Shown: in pieces, positions 11,955 through 21,399 of the stretch
Numbering within the stretch: the first letter of the stretch is position 1
Layout of the letters: each line of letters starts with the position of its first letter
NCBI RefSeq assembly: GCF_001194135.2
Contig: NC_068982.1
Coordinates: 112,424,725 to 112,463,892 of the forward strand
DNA from: Octopus bimaculoides
Taxonomy: Eukaryota
Length of the DNA: 39,168 nt
Reading direction: 5' to 3'
Translations under genes and position numbers: made by a program
The notes under the pieces: model-generated
Told to the model about the DNA's origin: nothing
Seen by the model: the letters and a program-made list of their open reading frames with translations, nothing else
Database searches by the model: none

Positions 11955-12111
11955 TTTACATATCCATTTTGTTAATTATTATACTTTAGGGAGAAAAGAA
12001 ATTATATACATATATCCATATACATCCATGCACACACACACATACACACACAAATGTGTACAAATATGTACAAATATGCGTGTTTGTGTGCATGTATCTA
12101 TGCATATATGT

Positions 12112-12345
12112 GTTATTTCTTTACTACCCACAAGGGGCTACACACAGAGGGGACAAACAAGGACAGACAAACGGATTAAGTCGATTATATCGACCCCAGT
12201 GCGTAACTGGTACTTATTTAATCGACCCCGAAAGGATGAAAGGCAAAGTCGACCTCGGCGGAATTTGAACTCGGAACGTAGCGGCAGACGAAATACGGCT
12301 AAGCGTTTCGCCTGGCGTGCTAACGTCTCTGCCAGCTCGCCGCCT
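12112..12345 (-). mobile_element. Full-length, young-looking tRNA-derived SINE
   Basis: Minus strand reads AGGCGGCGAGCTGGCAGAGACGTTAG (A-box-like)...TTCCGAGTTCAAATTCCGCC (B-box GTTCAAATTCC), then central domain GAGGTCGACTTTGCCTTTCATCCTTTCGGGGTCGATTAAATAAGTACCAG, then tail ...GTGGGTAGTAAAGAAATAAC. Confidence 0.9.
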
Positions 12346-13609
12346 ATATGTGTGCCTGTATTTGTGCCTCTGTGTCTGAGTGTACTGCATTGTTTTGCAT
12401 ATGCATTTCAAAACGTGAGATTTACTTTAGTAAGCTTGCTCAATATGATACAAATGTCTTAAAATCTTGTATTTAGAAGATTTATTCGCGAGAACCTGAA
12501 CGTTATTTTCTACTTCACATTTGAAAAGATAGAGCATACATAATATCGTTGAAATTTAACTTCATACTTGCACACTTATATAATATAATCCTTGCTGAAA
12601 ACAGTCGTCTGGAAAGTCATGTTAAGTAAAGTATTACATAATGAAAGTCTAGCCGTTATGCATAGTATAAATGAGGAAAAAATTCTAATTAATTACCTAA
12701 TTTTACTTATGTGCTAATTAGGCATAATGGTTATTAATCCTATGACTATTATCTTTAAATCTGAATTTGTCACGTGCCGGTGAAATCTCTAGTATTTTTA
12801 TTTTATCTTATTTTGTTTTCTGTAACAAGTCACCAGAGAAGCAAACCTTCTTTCTGCATACAAGTCCATATATTAATGCACAACGCTATTTAAGTATAAC
12901 TCCCGAAAACTTCAATCTCATTTACCTAAAAATGATTATAAATCAGAAACGTAAATCCCATTTTAATTCACAATTTAAAAATGCAATAAGATAACCTTTT
13001 TTTAATATACCTATAATTTATAAACCCTTAATATTATCCATTATGTTTAAGGGAAGACATGAAGGTTTGCTTCGTTGAAGAAGTGTCATCTGAACGAAGC
13101 TTCTTACCGCATAAGTATTATTAATTAGTTATATCGTCTCATTAAGTATGATGGCTGTGATTTAGTTGTTTCGTCTCTCATATATCTGCGTAATAATATG
13201 TGGTGTCTCAGCTAATTTCCATCAGTCTCTATACATATTCAGTATGCAATTAAGGCCTATATCTATTCATTAATTATTCGATAATTTTACAGATACAACT
13301 TTAGACAGTTAAAGATATTTTTACAAAGTCTTCGGCCTTATTTATAATTCAGAAACATATTAAACGAGAGCTATTTTTAATTTGTCTGTCAGACGTATGT
13401 GATGTTTAATAATTTAAACCTTCCCACTTAAAACAAATTGTAACAACTTATCAATCTAATAATAATTACTATCTGTCATATATGTTATGACAAATCAAAG
13501 ACACTGAAAGTGTTACTATTATAGGAAGTAGAGATCAAAGAAAATCTATATTTCCTAAAACATCACTTCTAACATTTTCCCCCGTTGCAGCAAATAACAT
13601 AACTGCTTT

Positions 13610-13852
13610 TGAAATGAGAAACGCCTGCTATTGTGATGAAAGGAAATGTCCAGCAGAGATTTCTCTCTATTCTGACTACATTCATTCATCACAAGTGCTA
13701 ATGTCATCTGAAATTTTCACTGGTATCAGTTCGATTTCCTTCACTATTCATTTGGTTGTTTTAGTTTCTGCTAAAGACTTTCCTAATACTTCAAAATTTG
13801 ATATATACATAGAACCAGGCAAGGTAGACTCTACGTTGTCGATCAACGTGCG
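13610..13852 (+). repeat. Dispersed repeat copy B (paralogous to 9852-10050)
   Basis: See copy A; copy B has roughly 40 bp more in the middle segment. Confidence 0.9.
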
Positions 13853-14517
13853 AGAACGTATTAGATAATTTAGTCCTAGATACGAAATGCCTGAGAGAAA
13901 AACTAGATGGTCATGATTGGAACACATTTGATTATCAGTTAGGTTTAAAAAAATAGTAACAACTTGAAATGCAAATGTTGCTGAACTTTATCATTGGATT
14001 TGTTTACATTGCATCAAGTATGCTGTCTTGCTTGTATATTCAACATATGCTTTGAATTCTTCATTTTCCATACGTGCTCCAGTATGACCTTAGCTCTAAT
14101 TTCTGAAACAAACGAAAGAACCAAGAGCGCATTTTTTTATGTGTAAATACAATATTGATTTATTTATTTTACATTAGCTTTCTTTGCTTTAAAGATCTTG
14201 GTTTAAAGGTCATTTGGCTGTAGTACACTAATGAGTCTTAGATACACATGCTTTTAAGTATTTCTATAGACCTGTTGTGCTTATATTGTCATAATCTTTT
14301 TATGAAATCGTTGGCCTCATATGTCCTAAAAATCGGTCTCATCAGCCATCTACAGACGTGGCTTTTATTGTTTACTGATGGACGAGCACAGCTGCTTCAA
14401 GTAGCTATTTAGACCTACTATGGTTCCTTTATAGTAATCTATTTGTATCAAACCCCTCCTTATTTTTCTAATTAGTATCTATATTATATACATCAATCAG
14501 AAGGAGATGAATTTTCT

Positions 14518-14645
14518 AAGGTTTATTCATTTGTTTATTTATTCTGTTTGGTTTCTTGAGTTCAAATTTGCCTCCAATTGGTTATACTGAATCTGTGGCT
14601 TATATGACCATGTCTTACTTTTTTTACGAATGCACGTTTTTAATT
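14518..14645 (+). repeat. Short interspersed repeat; uninterrupted (empty-site) version of the sequence split by the 19291-20368 element
   Basis: AAGGTTTATTCATTTGTTTATTTATTCTGTTTGGTTTCTTGAGTTCAAATT...GGTTATACTGAATCTGTGGCTTATATGACCATGTCTTACT...TTACGAATGCAC aligns to 19268-19290 joined to 20377-20470, with a single GTTTATTT at the junction. Confidence 0.85.
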
Positions 14646-14819
14646 GCTGTGTGCTATATTTTGTCTACATAAACAGGGAAAACGTTAATAAGTACACTAA
14701 CTGGGGTCAGGACTGCATCACTGCCAATATGATTTGTTTCAATTTGCTTTTGGGTTCGTATAGTTTATTAGCTTTTAGTTTTTCTATGTGCCATTATAAT
14801 AATAATTGTTATTATAATG

Positions 14820-15018
14820 GTGGCAATCTGACAGAACCGTTAGCCGTATTTACGTTTTGAGTTCAAATTCCGCCTAAGTGGACTTCAACTTCCATTCTCA
14901 TTTTTTTTTTGGTGGGGTGGTCTTTAAAATATTACCAGTTGTGCACTGGGGTCCAAGTAATCGTTTCACTCCTTCCTATGAAATTTCATGTCTTGTAACT
15001 ATAGTAGAAAGGATTATT
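14820..15018 (+). mobile_element. Degenerate tRNA-derived SINE
   Basis: B-box TTTTGAGTTCAAATTCCGCC, remnant central domain (TACCAGTTGTGCACTGGGGTC) and tail CTATAGTAGAAAGGATTATT. Confidence 0.7.
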
Positions 15019-15041
15019 GTCGTTGCTCCTACTGCTGCAGC

Positions 15042-15042
<1 letters not shown>

Positions 15043-15081
<39 letters not shown>

Positions 15082-15120
15082 CTTCTTCTTCTTCTTCTTC
15101 TTCTTCTTCTTCTTCTTCTT

Positions 15121-15191
<71 letters not shown>

Positions 15192-15192
15192 A

Positions 15193-15248
<56 letters not shown>

Positions 15249-15268
15249 CATTATTATTATCATTATTA

Positions 15269-15326
<58 letters not shown>
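15043..15326. repeat. Compound trinucleotide microsatellite (GTT)n(CTT)n(ATT)n
   Basis: GTT ~15043-15081, CTT 15082-15150, ATT 15151-15326 with rare interruptions; source of the poly-V/L/I/N/K ORFs. Confidence 0.98.
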
Positions 15327-15329
<3 letters not shown>

Positions 15330-16040
15330 CGTTCTGCTGTTTCTTAAAGAAATATGTACTTTTCAAGTAAACATATATCCGTTAATCATATATAAATGTG
15401 CTTGTGATTATTGTTCTGCTCTATTCAATTAACATTGTAACATGTTTTGTTGTAAAATACATGATATAATTCTTATTTCGCAGTCACCAATATTATTACT
15501 GATGTGATTAATATAAATTACGTTGTACTATTGGTTTTGTATATCAAATGCCAGTTTTGTGTATAAAATGACAGTTGTATTGTAAAGAATCGAGTAGTCT
15601 GCACAATGTGAAATGTCAAAGGTAGCTGTAACTGTATTATCTAATGGTCAGAAACGTTTCTCGTGAACAAATATTGACTCATTACATTAGAAGTTTTGTT
15701 TCATCGCATGTTTTTTTTGTCGCTATATATTTATCTATTTTCATATACATACAAGATATTTATAAAACAAGCATGATCAATACTTTGAGAAAAATTGTGG
15801 TGTCAGTGTAGGATCATTAGATAAACTTTAATATATTTATATCTATATAACCTTATAGGTTTACAGTACAAATATTGAGAAGAAATAGAGGTAATCATTG
15901 ATGCTGTCATCCAGCAAATGATAAACACGTCGTCCGAGAAACATCAGATGGCTAGTCATTGCTCCCTGTCTCAAAACGAGTTTAATATATTCTAACATAC
16001 AAAATCGTAAATCCTAGTAGTTACTTAGCTCATTCATTAT

Positions 16041-16041
16041 G

Positions 16042-16084
<43 letters not shown>

Positions 16085-16205
16085 ATGTATGTATGTATGT
16101 ATGTATCTATCTATCTATCTATGTATGTATCTATGTATGTGTGTATGTATGTATACATGTATGTATGTATTTACGACTGTATTATGAATGTATGTATGTA
16201 TATAT
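16041..16205. repeat. Compound (TCTG)n(TATG)n(TCTA)n microsatellite
   Basis: Directly visible. Confidence 0.95.
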
Positions 16206-16322
16206 GTAAGTGTGTATCACATAAATACATTTTATGATCAACATATACATATTTATTGCTTTTTTTTAGTTAAGGCCAGAATGTATTTATGTTTGTTTAT
16301 ACATAACATACATATGAATATA

Positions 16323-16771
16323 GGTGCAGATGTGACTGGGTTGTTGCAAGAAGCTAGCATCCCATCCACATGGTCCTGGGTTCAGTCCCATTGCGTGACA
16401 TATTGAGCGAAATGCATTCTGCTATATCTGTAAGTCGACCAAATCCTTGTGAATGAATTTGGTGAAGGGACACTTAATGAAACCGTTGTTGCGTGTTTGT
16501 GCGTGTGTGCCTTCGCGTGTATGTGTGTATGTTGGTGTGTGTGTCTCTGTCTGTGTTTGTTCTCACCACTGATTGACAACGGGCGTTGGTGTGTTTATGT
16601 TCCCATAACTTAGTGGTTCAACAAAAGAGATCGGTAGGACAAGCACCAGGCTTATATTTGGAAATACGTAATAGCGTCGATTCATTCGATTCATTCGACA
16701 AAAAATTCCTGAAGATGGTGCACCAGCATGGCCACACTTTAATGATTCAAATGAGTAAAAGATAAAAGATG
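16323..16771 (+). mobile_element. Degenerate octopus-type (OK-like) tRNA-derived SINE with internal TG-rich tract
   Basis: Head GGTGCAGATGTGACTGGG...GGGTTCAGTCCC, middle GACCAAATCCTTGTGAATGAATTTGGT, TG tract, and tail GGTGCACCAGCATGGCC...AGTAAAAGATAAAAGAT; colinear with 33422-33932. Confidence 0.8.
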
Positions 16772-17651
16772 AATATGTGCATATGTGTGTGCGCGTGTGT
16801 GTGAGACTATATGTGTGCGTCCCACGTCTCACGACATACTTTCAACACACTAGCATAGCTTCTGCATGCACAGAAACATACACCTTTCTCCCGCCTGTCA
16901 CCTCTGCATGACATCTGTTCGCACTTTAGCTTGTCAACCCTGCTTCTACATTACTTCTCAGGTTGTTTCCACCATTCCTTACTGTTTACTCTTTTCTCGA
17001 AAAGACTAATTTTGTTCCTTTTTCCACTTTCTACAGCACCTGCATTACGTCTAGCTTTTCATCTTTTTATCCTTATTATTTGCTCTTCTTCTACGATCTT
17101 ACTATCATCTTCATCACTGTTACTCTTTTGTGAAATTTTACCGGTTTATTGTGATCCTTTGAACATTCACTCGACGAAATTTTCCGGACCTTTTTTCTAT
17201 TGTTGTATGATATTGACCTTTACTTTCTCTTCTCTCTTCAGAGAATTAAATAATTTTAATGTCCTTTTTAAATTTTAGTTTAAAGCTACGGTTTGTCTCT
17301 TTGTTATAAACGTTTTCATGTCCATAACTAATTTTCTTTTATATTTGTGTGCACATCAATAAGAGTTCAACTTGCTTTTACCATCACGTTTACTTCATCA
17401 TTGCCTTTTCCCTTCACATACATACAGACTCTCACCTCTTCATATACGTAATTTCACATATCCCACCAAATATTAAACACATACGAACTCACGACACTTA
17501 CCTCTAACCAATGGCACTCTAAAAACAGATACCTGCAACTAGACACCCATCCCTTCCTCCCATCTTAACTTCACCATATGCTTGATATACTTTCTACCCC
17601 TTCACCCGTTATATTTTCACTTGCTATTTTTCTTTCTTACTCACCCTTATG

Positions 17652-17786
17652 CAGGGCCGGCCCTAGGGTTGCTGGTCACCCCCACCCCCGAGGAAGCTGA
17701 ACTTCGGCGTGTACAAGCTGACAGTCGTGGAAATTTTCTTGTCTTTGTGATACCCTCCTTGGTGCCCCCTTGCACATAGGGCCCTG
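17652..17786. mobile_element. Small hAT-like MITE (135 bp)
   Basis: GC-rich island with left end CAGGGCCGGCCCTAGG and degenerate right end TAGGGCC----CTG. Flanks CCCTTATG (17644-17651) and CCTCTATG (17787-17794) match 6/8, consistent with a decayed 8-bp TSD. Confidence 0.55.
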
Positions 17787-18186
17787 CCTCTATGCTCCTA
17801 CCATTCTTCTGATGAAGAACTAACGTCCGGAACGCTAATATAGTTCCTCTTTGCACAAATCTGTTAATCTAATACCTTATTTTTCAAACTTTGCCTATTC
17901 TGTGCTATTTCTTTTGAACCCATTTAACTGTTCAAATACTAAGAGATAAGCGTACTCAATTTCATTTTTACCAAATAATTTAGGGAAATGAACGGATTAT
18001 TTCTCTTGGTTATATATAAGGATCCCATCCAGGGGCCCTATTATCGATTTTCTTCAACAATCTGAGTATGTCATGAGGTTTCCATGAGTTCTACTTACAT
18101 GTCAAGTTCCATCAAAATTGATAAAAGGATGTAAGAGTTAGCTAACAACACAAACACACCCACAGATACAATTTCCCACATATGTA

Positions 18187-18345
<159 letters not shown>

Positions 18346-18759
18346 CATATAGGCAAGACGTACTAACGGATAACAGTCAATAATTAGTTATTACCTTTTT
18401 ATATACAGTACAATTAGTCGATATAATCAATTGTTCCATCCCCCTACACACAAACACATAAAAAATTAGTAACCTTGTGCCTATATAAACAACGAATATT
18501 TACTAATTCATAACAAGTAACAATTGCTGATAGTTTTGATTTATAACATGAACACGGGGCCACAGATTTTTCGTGGAAAATCATATTCGATTCACAGTAA
18601 ATGCTTTGTATTTTATTCTAACGACCTCGAAGAGTAGGACCAAACTTTACCCCAAAGGAATTTCGACTCAGAACATTTTTAGCGACGTACCCAAACACTA
18701 TAAGGTAATTAGAACGTCCTTGTGATGAATCTAGTACATTAATATCTCTTTTTCTTCTC

Positions 18760-19129
18760 ATCTCTTTTATCTCTTTTACTTGTTTCAGTCAGTTATTTGA
18801 CTGCGGCCATGCTGGAGCACCACCTGTAGTCGAGCAAATCGACCCCAGGACCTATTCTTTGGAAGCCTAGTACTTATTTTACCGGTCTCTTTTGCCGAAC
18901 CACTAAGCTACGGGGACGTACACACACCAACATCTGTTCTCAATCGATGTTGGGGGGACAAACACAGACACACAATCATATACACACATACATATATACA
19001 TATATACGACGGACTTTTTTCAGTTTCCGTCTACCAAATCCACTCACAAGGCTTTGGTCGGCCCGAGGCTATAGTAGAAGACACTTGCCCAAAGTGCCAC
19101 GCAGTGGGACTAAACCCGGAACGTGCGCC
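18760..19129 (-). mobile_element. Octopus-type (OK-like) SINE with ~40-bp deletion in the tRNA-like head
   Basis: Reverse complement is colinear with 33422-33932 (GGTCGGCCCGAGGCTATAG, CCGTCTACCAAATCCACTCACAAGG, GCCATGCTGGAGCACC). CCCGGAAC is followed directly by GTGCGCC, skipping the segment present in the other copies. Confidence 0.9.
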
Positions 19130-19290
19130 TATAGATAACATTCATTTGAAAAGTTCTAGAGTAATTTTAACAGATTGCAGTGAACTGCTGTTACTTATTT
19201 TAATACTTATCTAATTCAGTTGCGCAGCTTAACAGTTAGAGTTTAATATTGGATGTATTTAAATTCAAAGGTTTATTTATTTGTTTATTT

Positions 19291-20368
19291 GGATCTTTTC
19301 CTTTTGATCGGTAGGTCGATAAATTATTTTTTTTTAACCAAACACTTTCAAACTTCGGATACTGGTAGGATGTGTCATATAGAACATCTGTTACTCTTAG
19401 CGTTGTTGAGAAAAGTTTGTATTTTCGAAGTTATTTCGTGTTAAAGTTGTCGTATTTGGGTAATTTCAACCAATCAACGACGTCTATTGAGCTGAATAAA
19501 GTTACTGCTGTTATTTGTCCACAACAACTATCGGCTGTGTCTATTTCGCTTGTCACTGTTATTTATGACATATTTCAGCTCAGTTACGTTCGTATGAATA
19601 AACGAGTGTATCTGAAGCACGTTTACTTAATGACACCACCATAATCGTTCGTGCATTTCTACTGCTCTTAAGGTTTTTTTTCTGTTTTTTAGCTACTATT
19701 TTCGGAAAGATTTCCTCCCGTCCTTCCGCCTATTTTCTCGCAAATTATTGTTGTTTTTTAAATTTTTTTTGCCAAACATCCAGCTTTACGGATACGGAGA
19801 TTCCGGAAAATTGCCAAAATTCGAAATTTTACAATTTTTTGACCCCTCTCTTACACTCCCTCTCCAATTTCTTCATTTTTCATTTTTCCTTAACCCTAAC
19901 CCTAAAACCCCAACCCTAACCTTAACCCTAAAACCCTAACCTTAACTCTAACCCTAAAGCCCTAGCCCTAACACTAAAACTCTAACCCTAACCCTAAAAC
20001 CCTAGCCCTAACACTAAAACTCTAACCCTAACCCTAAAACCCTAACCTTAAAACCCTAAAACTAAAACCAGTACAAACGCACGAACGATGTCATCAATAA
20101 CAGTGACAAACGAAATATACACCACCGATAGTTGTTGTTGACAAACAACAACAGTAATTTTATTCAGCTGAATACACGTCATTGATTGGTTGAAATTACC
20201 CAAATACGACAACTTTAACATGAAATAACTTCGTAAATAGAAACTTTTCTCAACAACGCTAAGAGTAAAAGATGTTCTATATGACACATTCAACTATCAT
20301 GCGAAATTTCAAAATGTTTAGTTAAACAAAATTAATTGATCGAGCTGCCCATGAAATGGAAAAGATCC
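19291..20368. mobile_element. Non-autonomous foldback DNA transposon (Merlin-like by termini and TSD) with long TIRs and internal telomere-like array
   Basis: Termini GGATCTTTTCC (19291) and GGAAAAGATCC (20368). Arms ~19291-19569 and ~20091-20368 are inverted copies (about 85% identity by eye). Perfect 8-bp TSD GTTTATTT at 19283-19290 and 20369-20376. No transposase ORF. Confidence 0.88.
19891..20068 (-). repeat. Interstitial telomere-like array (TTAGGG/TTTTAGGG variants on minus strand)
   Basis: CCCTAA and CCCTAAAA units with variants; exact 40-bp tandem duplication CCTAGCCCTAACACTAAAACTCTAACCCTAACCCTAAAAC at 19961-20000 and 20001-20040. Confidence 0.95.
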
Positions 20369-20589
20369 GTTTATTTATTCTGTTTGGTCTCTTGAGTTCA
20401 AATTGGTTATACTAAATCCGTGGCTTACATGACCATATCTTACTTGTTACGACTGCACTTTTTTAATTACTAGAGGAACACTTTAAGGTGGAAAACCTTT
20501 TGTACTATTTATCATCGTTTAAGTCACCAAGAGAGCTCAAGTTACAAGAAATTGCAGTAAAACCGCTCTTAAATCCTACCTCGTACATA

Positions 20590-20790
20590 TAAATGGTTTC
20601 AAATTTTGGCTCAAGGCCAACAATAGGAAGGGAAGTGGGTTACGCAAATACACCAATAAGTTGACTGGTATTTCTTTTATCGATGTCGAAAGCGTAATTC
20701 ATCAAAGTTACCTAGACGATATTTGAACTCAGAATGGACAAAGCCGAAGAAAATCACGTAAGACATTTCTTCCAATACCCTTTACAATTC
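20590..20790 (-). mobile_element. Old degenerate SINE copy
   Basis: Remnants GACTGGTATTTCTTTTATCGA and ATTTGAACTCAGAA (reverse B-box) in the order seen in 12112-12345. Confidence 0.55.
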
Positions 20791-21059
20791 TGTCAGCTCT
20801 ACGTCTTAATTATAATAATAATAATAAAAACCGAAGACAGGTTGAATAATTTGTCATGAATGTACTGAATTCTAAAGAAAGGTTGACAGTCACGTTTAGG
20901 ACGGCTTTGGTGATAATACTTTTTGTCGAAGGTTAAGAAACAAGTGAGACCATAATGGAATTTGAACTCATGACGTTAGAAGAGAGGAAACTAAGTACTG
21001 CAACAAGGCGATAACGTACGTTTTTGACACTCCATATACCTTCATTAATATCGATTTTT

Positions 21060-21260
21060 CACCTTGGCAGAAGGCCATAAATTCGTAGAAGCGGAGTATA
21101 GTTAATTCATTCGACCTTAATATGTGCCTGATAATAGTTTATCGATCTCAAAAGGATGAAAGAAAAAGTTAGCTTTGCCGAGATTTGAACTCAGACTGTA
21201 AATATATGTAAATATTTAATATGAGGTATTTAGTCTGGCGCGGTATCATCCCTGCTCGCA
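21060..21260 (-). mobile_element. Old degenerate SINE copy
   Basis: TTTATCGATCTCAAAAGGATGAAAGAAAAAGTTAGCTTTGCCGAGATTTGAACTCAGA matches the SINE central domain and reverse B-box. Confidence 0.65.
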
Positions 21261-21399
21261 CAACGCTCTATCTTAAAAACGTATTAAAGTCTAAGCTAAA
21301 AAAAACATAATCTGGAGCAAACTACCATTGGAGAGCAAAAATAAAATATTGATTTTACAGACGACTCTTATTTCACAGGTTTATCTCATACAATAAATA

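Noticed and set aside
13614-13868. 84-aa ORF as a real protein
   Set aside because: The paralogous copy at 9852-10050 is frameshifted, and substitutions lack consistent synonymous bias.
14878-15432. ORFs with poly-V/L/I/N/K/R/T runs
   Set aside because: Translations of the (GTT)(CTT)(ATT) microsatellite; no coding evidence.
17480-17530. Perfect minus-strand donor AG|GTAAGT (similar isolated donors at ~8470, ~9610, ~10858)
   Set aside because: No convincing paired acceptor with an open, recognisable exon; expected by chance.
19891-20068. True telomere or chromosome fusion site
   Set aside because: The array is short, degenerate, one-directional and enclosed within TIRs and a TSD, so it is transposon cargo.
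19372-20293. Two near-identical ORFs on opposite strands (MSYRTSVTLSVVEKS...)
   Set aside because: They are the two arms of the terminal inverted repeat, not paralogous genes.
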